Source: Candidatus Micrarchaeota archaeon
GTDB taxonomy: Archaea; Micrarchaeota; Micrarchaeia; Anstonellales; Bilamarchaeaceae
Reading direction: 5' to 3'
Length of the DNA: 64,000 nucleotides
Assembly (NCBI GenBank): GCA_016932815.1
Contig: JAFGCC010000014.1
Coordinates: 80,129-144,128, forward strand
Shown piece after piece: positions 28,261-37,748 of the stretch (positions are counted from its first letter, which is position 1; every line of letters starts with the position of its first letter). The translations under genes were made by a program, and so were the position numbers. A model generated the notes under the pieces. That model was not told where the DNA came from. It ran no database searches and saw nothing but the letters and a program-made list of their open reading frames with translations.

Positions 28261-30147
28261 TCATTCTTTTTCCGCTGCGCGCTTCCCATTTTTGAAATGC
28301 GAGCGCCTAGAATAGTATTGCACGTCCGTTATGCGGCCATCCCCATCCCGGATTACTTCCTTCATGTTGGTTGGGAGCTTGGGCGCAAAAAGCTCTGCTC
28401 CCCAGAGGCGGGAGATTAGGGCGCCTACCGCTTCTTCATTGGCCCCTGTTGAGCAGGAATCGAGGATTACGAGGGCTTCTTTTGCAAAGAGCCCATGCAG
28501 TCCCGCCATCTCGGCTTCGTCGCGGAGGTCCAGGAAGTTCTCTTCCTGCCAGCCCGGGCCGAAGCGGACTGAACCTTCCTCCCCATGCCCGCCAATCCAG
28601 AGCGCGCTTATGCCGAAGTATTTTTGCGAGAATTTTTTTGCCAGCTCGTAGAATTCGTATTCGCTTTCGGCTTCGAAAAAGATTACGTTGTAGTGGCCGT
28701 CTTCGAGCATGGGCTTTCTTACCTTCCTTGAGAGGGAGTGGTAGAATGTCCCGTTGAAATCGTTCTTGTTCTGCGCAATCAGGAGGAGGGGGCGCTCGTC
28801 TGTGCGCTCTCCTATGTGGTCATAGAGGTTTTCGAGTTCCTCCTCGGAATATCTTGCAAAATACTCGATTCCGTATTCCCTGTGGATTGCTTTTGCCTTC
28901 TGTGCGCCTATTGTTTCCTTTGCGTAGGCGAAATTGAGGAAGACTTCCTTGTCTTCGATTGTTACTCCCGCTTCTAATGCGAGCTTCCTCCCCTCCCTCC
29001 ATTGCCCCCTGTATACGGGGAGGGTGCTCAGCTTGTATTCGCTTTCGAGTTTATCCTGGTCATCCAGGGCGGCTACCGTGCCTGCTATTGAGCCTGTATC
29101 CTTCTGCATTATGTGCTTCTCCAGGTGGTAGAGGATATTCGTGTAGGTGGAGGCTTCTGCAAGCTCAAGCGCCCTTGAAGCATCCCTCATAAGGGCATCT
29201 GCGATTTTATCCTCTTTTAGGAGCTCAAAGAACTGCCCCGCCCTCCTGCCGCAGGTTTTGCACATCTGCACGAACATGGCGGAAACCCCTTCGGGGTCCG
29301 CGTAGAAATCTCCCGTGAATTTTTCGAGCGCGTAGAATGCGGCGCCCGCGTGCTCGCCTGCGGCATTGAATATTTCGGATATTGCGCCTGAGAGCATCAG
29401 GGGTTCGCTTGCAAAAAGTTCTGTGAGTAGCGGCATCGGGGCGCCTTTTTTGAGGCTTCCCTTGTTCATTACGTAGAAAGCGTAAGGGGCATTCTTGCCC
29501 CCTGCATTGGCTATTCCGGCTAGTGCGGTTGCATACTTTATGGGGTCTTTTGCGAATTCTTCCCGGATTCCGTTTTTTTCTAGGAACCAGAACATGAAGG
29601 TCTTGTCTTTTAGGCGGGGCGCGCACAGGGCGGAAAACGCATCCATCATCCTATTAGGGCCCCAGGCGAAAGAGGCTGCAACTTCATCCCTTGAGAGGAG
29701 CCGGAAGGCATCATCGGCATCCCCTTTTGCGGCTTTTGCTATCTTTACAAAATACTCTGCCGTTTTCCCGGGACCTGCTTCGAAAACCATCGCGATTGGC
29801 TCTTTTCGGAGCGCCATGAATGCCTGCCTTGCCGCTTCCTTTGCGGCTTTTGCCATTTTTACGAACTCTTCTGGGTTTGCAACGAACATCCTTGCTAAAT
29901 TCTTGTCTGCTAACACGCGGAGGGCGGATTTGGGCTTGCTGCCCGTAGCCTTCGCTATTTTTGAGAGGGAATCGCGGATTTCCCGTATCTTGGAGGTGTC
30001 TCCGCTCTGGGCAACTTCCTTTGAAACGGCATAGGGAACGTAGCCCGCTGCGCCTTTGAGCTGCTCTTCCACATAACTTATTTCGAGTGCGGGCTTTAGG
30101 GAAAGCTTTTCGCTTTTTTCTTGTTTGCGGAGTTGCCTGCCTGCCAT
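28261..30147 (-). CDS. Helical-repeat plus caspase-fold protease (array copy 5)
   Basis: IGGHG...LDSCSTG; start MAGRQ after AGGTGG. Confidence 0.85.
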   Translation of the reverse strand: MAGRQLRKQEKSEKLSLKPALEISYVEEQLKGAAGYVPYAVSKEVAQSGDTSKIREIRDSLSKIAKATGSKPKSALRVLADKNLARMFVANPEEFVKMAKAAKEAARQAFMALRKEPIAMVFEAGPGKTAEYFVKIAKAAKGDADDAFRLLSRDEVAASFAWGPNRMMDAFSALCAPRLKDKTFMFWFLEKNGIREEFAKDPIKYATALAGIANAGGKNAPYAFYVMNKGSLKKGAPMPLLTELFASEPLMLSGAISEIFNAAGEHAGAAFYALEKFTGDFYADPEGVSAMFVQMCKTCGRRAGQFFELLKEDKIADALMRDASRALELAEASTYTNILYHLEKHIMQKDTGSIAGTVAALDDQDKLESEYKLSTLPVYRGQWREGRKLALEAGVTIEDKEVFLNFAYAKETIGAQKAKAIHREYGIEYFARYSEEELENLYDHIGERTDERPLLLIAQNKNDFNGTFYHSLSRKVRKPMLEDGHYNVIFFEAESEYEFYELAKKFSQKYFGISALWIGGHGEEGSVRFGPGWQEENFLDLRDEAEMAGLHGLFAKEALVILDSCSTGANEEAVGALISRLWGAELFAPKLPTNMKEVIRDGDGRITDVQYYSRRSHFKNGKRAAEKE

Positions 30148-30167
30148 GTTTATTCCACCTTGGATTT

Positions 30168-32261
30168 TCATTCCTCTTCCGGGCGGGGAATTTCCTGCCC
30201 GTTTTTGAAGCGGATGTTTCCTTCGAAGAATACCGCGCCTTGTATGCGGCCCTCACCATCCAGCACGATTTCCTTTAGTGCGGTAACCTGCCTCGCCGCA
30301 AAGAGGTCTGCGCCCCAGAGCCGCGATATTATTGCGGCTATCCCTTTGCCGTTGGCTCCCGTGGAGCAGGAATCTAGGATTACAAGCGGGTTTTCGGCAA
30401 AGAGGCCGCGGAGCTGCCCCATCTCCTTTTCATCTGTGAAATCAAGGTAACGCTCGTCTCCTTCGCGCGGCCCAAGCTCCATGCTGTCGGAGGTTCCGTG
30501 CGCGCCAATCATCAGGGCGCTTATTCCGAAGTATTTTTCCCCGAATTTCCTTGCCTGCGCGTAGAATTCCTGCTCGGTTTCGGCCTCAAAAAAGATTACG
30601 TTGTAGTGGCCTTTTTCTAGTAGCTGCCCCCTTAGTTCGTGCCTTCCGTAGAAGACTTTTGTGCCATCGGACTTGGGGTAGGCAACCAGGAGGAGGGGGC
30701 GCGCATCCTCCCTCTCCCCTGCGTGCTCGTATAGGTTTTCGAGCTCGTTTTTTGTGTATCTTGCGAAATATTCAATCCCGAATTCGCGGTGGAGCGCGAG
30801 GGTTTTCTTTTTGCCGATTGTGCTTTCTGCGTATGCGAAATTTATGAAAACTTCCTTGTCTTCAATACTGATTCCGGCTTCGCGGGCGAGCTTTTTTCCC
30901 TCCCCCCACTTGTTCTTGTATGCTGCAAGAGTGGGGATTCCCAGTTCCCTGGAGAGTTTTACGGGGTGCTCAAGCATCCCAAGGAGCCTGGAGAGTTCAT
31001 CCTTCTTTATGTCCGCTAATGAATCGAGCTCGCGCACTATCGAAGTATATGCCATTGCGTCTGCAAGCTTTACCGCCCTGCGGATGTCTTCTGCGATGAA
31101 TGCGCTGACTGCTTCCCTGCACAGTAGTGAGTAGAGGCGGTTGGTGTTCCTGCCTGCTATTCCAAATGCCTTTGAGAAGATTTCTGCAAAGCGCTTTGGG
31201 CTTTGCGCAAACGCCCCATCGAAATCCGACAATGCCGCAAACACGTATTTCCTGTCTTCCCCGGTTGCTTCTGCCAGCTTTATGAATGCATCCACTGACT
31301 CTTTTGGGTTCTTTGCGAATGCGTATGCGAAACCCTCAACCGAGAGCAGGGAAACCGCCCCCGCTATTCCTTCCCCCACGCCTTTTGCAAGCCTTGCAAA
31401 CTCTCCAGGGTTTTTGGCAAGGAGGGCGGATACTGCCGGGTTGAGAAGGAGGGCCCCGAATACTTCATCTGCCATGCCGCCCGAAGATTTCCCCATCTGC
31501 ACAAACGCATCGGTAACTGCGCCGGGATTTTTTGAGAATGCTGCTGAGAGCTCTTTTTTCCTGAGAACGGAAAACGCCAGGCCTGCGTTTTCCCCCGTTG
31601 CCTCCCTTATGCGGATGAACGCTTCGGCCACCGCTTCGGGCTCCCTTGCGAATGCGCGGGTGATATCCGTTGTGGCCAGTGCGGCGAACGCTTCCTTGGA
31701 ATAGTAGCCCGCGGATTCTCCCACCCTGGAAATTGAGGATGAGAGGAGTTCCGGGTTTTTGGCAAAAAGCGGGGTTGCCGCCTTGTTCCCAAGAAGCCAG
31801 AATGCGTCTTCTGCGCCAAGGTCTGCTCCGGTTGCCACTTCGGTTAATGCGCGGGAAATCCTTGCCGGGTCTTCTGCGAAGGCTGCTGCCACTTCCTTCC
31901 TGGAGAGAACCAGGAATGCGTCCCTGGAATTCGAGCCTGCGCCCCATATCAGGGATGCGAGGGCGTCCGCGGCCCCGCGCGGATTGCCTGCTAGTGCGCA
32001 CGCTATGCTCTTCCTGCTTAGGATCAATGAGAGTTCATCTGGCCATTCGGATGAAAGATTGGCAAGGCGCGATAGGGCTTCTGCCGCGTGCCCGATTTGC
32101 CGGGGGTTCCTGGATACTTCGGAGACGAGCACTTCGGGGATTTCGATTTCCAAACCAGCACTGCGCACGGCGCCCTCTAGCTGCTCGCGCACGTGGGAAT
32201 GTTCAAGCGACGGGGTTAATGAGAGTTTTTCGCTTTTTTCCCTTTTCTGCTTCATTGCCAT
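30168..32261 (-). CDS. Helical-repeat plus caspase-fold protease (array copy 6)
   Basis: IGAHG...LDSCSTG; start MAMKQK chosen by alignment with paralogs. Confidence 0.85.
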   Translation of the reverse strand: MAMKQKREKSEKLSLTPSLEHSHVREQLEGAVRSAGLEIEIPEVLVSEVSRNPRQIGHAAEALSRLANLSSEWPDELSLILSRKSIACALAGNPRGAADALASLIWGAGSNSRDAFLVLSRKEVAAAFAEDPARISRALTEVATGADLGAEDAFWLLGNKAATPLFAKNPELLSSSISRVGESAGYYSKEAFAALATTDITRAFAREPEAVAEAFIRIREATGENAGLAFSVLRKKELSAAFSKNPGAVTDAFVQMGKSSGGMADEVFGALLLNPAVSALLAKNPGEFARLAKGVGEGIAGAVSLLSVEGFAYAFAKNPKESVDAFIKLAEATGEDRKYVFAALSDFDGAFAQSPKRFAEIFSKAFGIAGRNTNRLYSLLCREAVSAFIAEDIRRAVKLADAMAYTSIVRELDSLADIKKDELSRLLGMLEHPVKLSRELGIPTLAAYKNKWGEGKKLAREAGISIEDKEVFINFAYAESTIGKKKTLALHREFGIEYFARYTKNELENLYEHAGEREDARPLLLVAYPKSDGTKVFYGRHELRGQLLEKGHYNVIFFEAETEQEFYAQARKFGEKYFGISALMIGAHGTSDSMELGPREGDERYLDFTDEKEMGQLRGLFAENPLVILDSCSTGANGKGIAAIISRLWGADLFAARQVTALKEIVLDGEGRIQGAVFFEGNIRFKNGQEIPRPEEE

Positions 32262-32346
32262 TTTCCTGCGCCCCTGCAATTTAGTGGGGGCAGGAGATAT
32301 AAGTAGGTTGCGGATTTGATGCCGGAAACCGCCTGCAGGATTGCAG

Positions 32347-34104
32347 TCAGCGCCCAGCCGGCAACTCCTCTCCCTTGTAGAATCTCTTTCCGCCCTCGTT
32401 GTAGGCGGCATCCGTTATCAGGCCCATATCGTCCATGACGAATTCCCTGATGTATGCGGGCACTTCGGGGGAGAGGAGCAGGACTTCCCATGCCTCAGAA
32501 ACTTTCGGCCCTATCGCTTTCTTGCCTTCGCCGGTGGAGCACGAATCCAGTATTACTATGGCACCTTCGGCGAATAGCCCATAAAGGTTCCGGAGTTCAT
32601 CCAGGTCCGAGAGGTCAAGCAGGTTCTCCTCCCTGCTCCCAGGCCCCAGGCGTATGGAGTCCGCACTGCCATGGCCCCCTATTACCAGCACGCTTATGCC
32701 GAAATACTTGTCCGCAAATTTCCTTGTGAACTCATAGAACTCCTGCTCGGTTTCGGCCTCAAAGAAAATGGCATTGTAGCTTTCGGCTGCGATTACCGGG
32801 GCGCGGGTATCTGCTTCGCGGTAGAATGCCCCCGTCTGGTCGCCCTTGTTGCCCGCTACTAACATGAGGGGGCGCGGGTCGCCTTTTTCGCCGATGTGCG
32901 CGTAGAGGGATTCAAGCTCTTCTTTTGTGTATCTTGCGAAATACTCGATTCCGTATTCCTTGTAGATGGCACCGGTTTTTTGCGCTCCGATTGTGTCCTT
33001 TGCGTAGGCGAAATTGATGAAGACTTCGCGGTCTTCACTCGTTACTCCCGCTTTTCTGGCGAGTTTTTTTCCTTGCCGCCATTTGCCCCTATATCCTGCA
33101 AGGCGCGGAATCCCGTATTCGCGGGCTATGTTCTCCGGCTCGTTGAGCATATCCAGCCGTTTGAGGATTTTTTCCTTATCCTTCTCTCCTGCCTCTTCCA
33201 TCCCAAGCAGGAGGGTGGAGTAGGATAGGGCTTCTGCGATTTTTAGGAGCTTGGAGGAATCTGCGGATACTGCCCCGCTGACTGTTTTGTTGGAGAGGAA
33301 GCCGAAGAACGCGGACTTCTTCCTCCCGCATATGCTAGCTGCCTCCAGATAGGTTTCGGTAAAACGCTTCGGGCTTTTGGCAAAAAGCCCCGCGAAATCC
33401 TGCATTCCGAAAAAGTAGGCGCTTGCGCTGTTTCCGGCTTCCTGTGCAATCCTTACGAATGCATCGGTGGTCTCTTCGCTCTTGCCCTCTAATATGGGCG
33501 CATAGCCATTGCGGGTGAGCAGCAAGATGGCCGTGTCCATGGCGGTTCCCGCCGCATGCGCAATGCGGATGAATGATTCGGGCTTTTTGGCGAGGAGGGT
33601 GCGCAAGCCAGAGTCGGTGGAGAGTTCCCTGAATGCCCCGCCCAACGCCGCTTTCGTGGTTCTCCCCAGGGCCACGAAGGCATCCGTGATGGTTTCCATG
33701 TTCGGGGAGAAGGCTAGGGCAATCTCTTTTTCCCCCAGGGCGGCAAATGCGTATCCCGCGTTTTTGCCTGCGGCTTCCCTTATGCGGAGGAACGCTTCCG
33801 CTACTTTTTCCGGCTCCGTTGCGAAGGCCTGGGCGATTTCCGCGCTAGCTAGCGCCGCGAGGGCTTCCTTGGAATACTTCCCCGCGGATTCGGCTATTTT
33901 TGCGAGGGCTTCGGAAACTTCGGCGAGCTTTGCGGGGCTGCGGGTTTTTGAGACCGCGTTGATTAATTCTTCGGGGATTTCGATTGCGGGGCCTCCTTCT
34001 GTGCGCACGGCTTCCTGCAATTGTTTTTGGACATAAGAAGGCTCTATGGAGGGAGTTAGCGAGAGCTTTGCGCTTCCCTCTTTTTCCTTTTGCCTCATTG
34101 CCAT
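32347..34104 (-). CDS. Helical-repeat plus caspase-fold protease (array copy 7)
   Basis: IGGHG...LDSCSTG; start MAMRQK chosen by alignment with paralogs. Confidence 0.85.
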   Translation of the reverse strand: MAMRQKEKEGSAKLSLTPSIEPSYVQKQLQEAVRTEGGPAIEIPEELINAVSKTRSPAKLAEVSEALAKIAESAGKYSKEALAALASAEIAQAFATEPEKVAEAFLRIREAAGKNAGYAFAALGEKEIALAFSPNMETITDAFVALGRTTKAALGGAFRELSTDSGLRTLLAKKPESFIRIAHAAGTAMDTAILLLTRNGYAPILEGKSEETTDAFVRIAQEAGNSASAYFFGMQDFAGLFAKSPKRFTETYLEAASICGRKKSAFFGFLSNKTVSGAVSADSSKLLKIAEALSYSTLLLGMEEAGEKDKEKILKRLDMLNEPENIAREYGIPRLAGYRGKWRQGKKLARKAGVTSEDREVFINFAYAKDTIGAQKTGAIYKEYGIEYFARYTKEELESLYAHIGEKGDPRPLMLVAGNKGDQTGAFYREADTRAPVIAAESYNAIFFEAETEQEFYEFTRKFADKYFGISVLVIGGHGSADSIRLGPGSREENLLDLSDLDELRNLYGLFAEGAIVILDSCSTGEGKKAIGPKVSEAWEVLLLSPEVPAYIREFVMDDMGLITDAAYNEGGKRFYKGEELPAGR

Positions 34105-34265
34105 TTGGGACCCCCGTTGCCGGATACGTGCAATTCTTGTGGGGGGAAGCATATAAATAAAACTGATGGGCGGGGATGCGGATTCATTCGGGAAAGAGGG
34201 CTCCCTCAATAATCCTGTTTTTAAATGTTCTCCCCCCATACTCTTCTGCAAACATATCTGGTGAA

Positions 34266-34670
34266 ATGATGGATTATGATTCCCTTTTGGATAAGGCATA
34301 CGAAGCCCTCCCCGACAAGTCAAAAGGCGGGGAACGCTTCGAGATTCCCTCCCTCGATGCATTCGTGGAGGGGAACAAGACGATAATAAAGAACTTTTCA
34401 AGCGTCCTGCAGAAAATACGCAGGGAGCCTGCGCACATAATCAAGTTCTTCACAAAGGAGTTCGCGGTTCCGGCAACCGAGGAGGGGGACAGGCTGGTCC
34501 TGCATCGGAAGCTCCGCATTGAATTAATCAACAAGAAATTTGATGAGTACGTGAAAAGCTACGTGATTTGCGAGCAGTGCGGAAAGCCGGACACGCACAT
34601 TGAGGATTCCGGGCATCGTTCCAAGATGCTCGTATGCGAGGCATGCGGGGCAAGGACTGCGGTGAAATAG
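34266..34670 (+). CDS. eif2b: Translation initiation factor aIF-2 beta
   Basis: YDSLLDKAY, ERFEIP, GNKTII, CEQCGKPDT, CEACGA. Confidence 0.96.
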   Translation: MMDYDSLLDKAYEALPDKSKGGERFEIPSLDAFVEGNKTIIKNFSSVLQKIRREPAHIIKFFTKEFAVPATEEGDRLVLHRKLRIELINKKFDEYVKSYVICEQCGKPDTHIEDSGHRSKMLVCEACGARTAVK

Positions 34671-35033
34671 ATGGCAGCTGGAAGGAAAAAGAAACCCGTG
34701 TTCAGGCCGAGGGGGAACAAGCCCAAGAGGCCTCCGGCACCAGGGGAAGAACAGCCTATTATGAGGGTGAAGCTCCCGAGGCAGGGAGAACTCCTGGGCG
34801 TAGTGACCGGGATTATGGGCGGGGGAAGGATGCTCGTTATCTGCGAGGACGGAAAAGAGAGGATGGGGCGCATACCCGGAAAATTGAAGAGGAGAATCTG
34901 GGTGCGCGAGGGGGATGCCGTGACCATCCGCCCATGGGAAATAGAAGGCGACAAGAAGGGGGACGTTATCTGGAGATACCACCCAAACGAGAGGAAGTGG
35001 CTTAGGGACAAGGGGTATTTGAAGGTAGGATAG
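34671..35033 (+). CDS. eif1a: Translation initiation factor aIF-1A
   Basis: RIPGKLKRRIWVREGD, PWE, KGDVIWRY. Confidence 0.96.
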   Translation: MAAGRKKKPVFRPRGNKPKRPPAPGEEQPIMRVKLPRQGELLGVVTGIMGGGRMLVICEDGKERMGRIPGKLKRRIWVREGDAVTIRPWEIEGDKKGDVIWRYHPNERKWLRDKGYLKVG

Positions 35034-35837
35034 ATGGCGCGGAAGGTTTCAAAGAGGAAGAGGCCTTCTAGAGACGACTTTTTGTTCAAGGAGCGCTTCA
35101 AGCTTGAGAGCGAAGTGTTTGACCGCTCCACACTGCTTACCCTCTCCAAGCTGATTGGGAAGGGGATTTTCTCTACATTAGACAACCCCATTTCCACCGG
35201 TAAGGAGGCGAACGTTTTCCGCGCTAGTGTTGAATCCGGGGGGTTTTTGGCGGTCAAGATTTACAAGCTTGAGACTACGAGATTTATGAGGAGGAAAGAA
35301 TACCTTGAGGGGGACCAGAGGTTCGGGAAATTCCGGAGGACCGAGCGGGAATTCGTTACCGCTTTTGCGCAGAAAGAATACAAGAATTTGCAGATTTGCG
35401 AGAAGGTTGGGGTGCACGCTCCCCGCCCCCTGCTGCAGGAGAAGAACGTTTTGGTAATGGAATTCCTGGGGGAGGGGGGGATTCCTTATACTCCGTTGAA
35501 TGAGCTTGGGCCGGAATCGGTTTCGCAGCTTGAGGGCATCCTTATGGACTTGAGGAAACTGTATAAGGCCGGGCTTGTGCATGCGGATGTTAGCGAGTAT
35601 AATGTCCTTGTCGGGAGGAAGCCGTTCCTAATTGATTTTGGGCAGGGGGTTTTGCTCTCGCACCCGCATTCGGGAGATTACCTGGAGAGGGATGTCGGGA
35701 ACATCGTGAAGTATTTTTCCAAGCACGGCTTTGGGATGGATTTGGGGGTGGCTCTTAGGTACGTGAAGGGGGAGGGAAAGCTGCCGGGCAAGGCTGGCAA
35801 GAAGAAGGCGGAAGAAGGGAAAAAGAAGAAAGAGTGA
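35034..35837 (+). CDS. rio1: RIO1 family Ser/Thr kinase
   Basis: STGKEANVF, AVKIY, LVHADVSEYN, IDFGQ. Confidence 0.95.
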   Translation: MARKVSKRKRPSRDDFLFKERFKLESEVFDRSTLLTLSKLIGKGIFSTLDNPISTGKEANVFRASVESGGFLAVKIYKLETTRFMRRKEYLEGDQRFGKFRRTEREFVTAFAQKEYKNLQICEKVGVHAPRPLLQEKNVLVMEFLGEGGIPYTPLNELGPESVSQLEGILMDLRKLYKAGLVHADVSEYNVLVGRKPFLIDFGQGVLLSHPHSGDYLERDVGNIVKYFSKHGFGMDLGVALRYVKGEGKLPGKAGKKKAEEGKKKKE

Positions 35838-35856
35838 GCTTCCCTTTTGCTTAATC

Positions 35857-37668
35857 CTACATCCTATTTGGGATTGGGACTCCCAGCAGGCCCAATCCGC
35901 TTGAGAGCACTTTTTCAAATGCGACTACCATTGCGAGGCGGGTCTTTCTTTCTTCTTGTGTTTCCGCATTGAGCACGCGGCTGTTGGTGTAGAAGCGGCT
36001 AAACACGTTTGAGAGGTTGTAGATGTAATCGGCTATTATGTGCGGGCGCATCTTCCGTGATGCATCCTGCACCACTTCCGGGAACCTTCCTAGTTCCTTT
36101 AGGAGGCGCTTTTCGTCATCGTTGAATGCATGGGGCTGTGGGGACGGCTCGAAATTTGCCTTCTCCATGATCCTGCGGGCGCGGACGCACGCGTATTGGA
36201 GGTAGGGTCCCGAATCCCCTTCCAGGGAGAGGACCTCGTCCCACTTGAAAATGAGCTTTTTTTCGGGTGCGATTTTTAGGAAGGCATAGCGTATTGCGCC
36301 TGCTGAGACGGTTTTTGCAATCTCCTTTTTCTCGTCATCTTCGAAGTCGCCCTTTACCTTTTCCAGCGCGCGCTTTTGGCCTTCTTCTAGGAGTTCGTCT
36401 GCGGTGTGGCCTAGCCAGGTCCCCTTTCTTCCTGAGAACTTGGCTTCCGGGAGCCAGGCGTGCTCATAGGAGAGGTGGATGGAGTTCTTTGCCTCCTCTT
36501 CGAATCCGAGCAGGCCCATTACGTGGGCGATTACTTCCTGGGGGTATTTTTGCTCTACCCCGATTACGTTGATTACGAGTTCGGCTTTCCCGAATCCATC
36601 TTTCCTCTTTCCCTCTTTTGAGGTTATGTAGATGCTCTTGCCGTTGGGATTTGAGAGGAATTTTTCATAGTTGAATTCGCCGTTTAACTTTCCGAACTTC
36701 CAGAGCTGGAAGACCATGTCTTTTCCGGTGTAGGTTGCGGTTCCGTTGCTCCTAATTAGGATTTTGTCGGGGTCTTCCATCCCGCTCATTTTCCCTCCGA
36801 GCTTTACCACCCAGCAGCCTTCATTCTTGCCGGAAGTTTCGTGGTGGACGGCGTTGTTGTCTTTTAGCTTTTGCATTCCCTCCTTGAAAACTTCGCGAAG
36901 GATGTCGCTCTCACAGATTAGGGCATCGTGGGACACTCCGTAATTGGAGGCGGTCTCATACTGGGCCCTTACGCATTCTTCGGTTAGTTTTCTTGCCTGT
37001 TCTGCCACATCCCCGCTTCCGGATTCCATCTGCTTTAGGATGCCTTCGGCTTCCTTCTTTACTATTGCGTCCTGCTCCATCTTGGAGGCTACTTTTACGT
37101 ATTCGGCTCCCATCCAGTGGTCGGCTTTTCCTTCTATTTTGCCTTCGCTGTTGAGATACCCCCAGAGGCTTTGCGCAACTTGCAATCCCAAATCATCTAT
37201 GTAGTCTAGCCTCTGGACTTCGTCGCCCCCGAATTCCAGGATGTTGGCTACGCTGTTGCCCAGGAGCGCATTCCTTAGGTGGCCTATGTGCCAGGGCTTG
37301 TTCGGGTTTACCGCGGGGGATTCCACTATTACCCTGCGGTTGTTGCCGCCCCTTCCGTATGCTTTGCCTTCGTTGAGTATTTTGGTGCAAACTTCACTGA
37401 AAAAGGAATCGGAGAGGAAGAAGTTTATGTAGGGGCCTGTCGGCTCGGCTTTTTTTACCCATTCGTGGGACTCTAGTTTTGCCGCGATTTCCTGTGCCGC
37501 CTGCACCGGGCTCATTTTCATTTTCTTTGAGGCTATGAAGCTGATTTTGCTTGCAATGTCGCCCTTTCCTTCCTCTGCCACCTCTAAGGTTTTTAGGCAG
37601 AGTTCGGTTGGTTCGCCTGTTGCTAAACTAATGAGCTTGGATAGCTGGTGCTTGGCGTTTGCAATCAT
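35857..37668 (-). CDS. argS: Arginine--tRNA ligase
   Basis: NPNKPWHIGHLRN, FSGRKG, GDSGPYLQYA. Confidence 0.97.
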   Translation of the reverse strand: MIANAKHQLSKLISLATGEPTELCLKTLEVAEEGKGDIASKISFIASKKMKMSPVQAAQEIAAKLESHEWVKKAEPTGPYINFFLSDSFFSEVCTKILNEGKAYGRGGNNRRVIVESPAVNPNKPWHIGHLRNALLGNSVANILEFGGDEVQRLDYIDDLGLQVAQSLWGYLNSEGKIEGKADHWMGAEYVKVASKMEQDAIVKKEAEGILKQMESGSGDVAEQARKLTEECVRAQYETASNYGVSHDALICESDILREVFKEGMQKLKDNNAVHHETSGKNEGCWVVKLGGKMSGMEDPDKILIRSNGTATYTGKDMVFQLWKFGKLNGEFNYEKFLSNPNGKSIYITSKEGKRKDGFGKAELVINVIGVEQKYPQEVIAHVMGLLGFEEEAKNSIHLSYEHAWLPEAKFSGRKGTWLGHTADELLEEGQKRALEKVKGDFEDDEKKEIAKTVSAGAIRYAFLKIAPEKKLIFKWDEVLSLEGDSGPYLQYACVRARRIMEKANFEPSPQPHAFNDDEKRLLKELGRFPEVVQDASRKMRPHIIADYIYNLSNVFSRFYTNSRVLNAETQEERKTRLAMVVAFEKVLSSGLGLLGVPIPNRM

Positions 37669-37748
37669 GAGGGGGAATTTGTACGATAATAAATATAAAG
37701 CGTGCTTTCATTCTTTACTTTATGGGCCACTATGGGAAAGGGTTCGGC

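Noticed and set aside
21040-34036. Long plus-strand ORFs opposite the protease array (e.g. 21040..21984, 23453..24235, 27399..28190)
   Set aside because: Antisense shadows of Ala-rich repeat-coding genes; low-complexity Ala/Ser/Phe translations with no motifs
20100-34104. Array as TALE-like proteins or DGR targets
   Set aside because: Repeat length and consensus do not fit TALE; no reverse transcriptase or adenine-specific TR/VR pair seen
32262-34401. Extended N-termini given by the ORF track for array copies 6 and 7 (32411, 34401)
   Set aside because: They overlap neighbouring genes and TATA boxes; paralog alignment supports starts at 32261 and 34104
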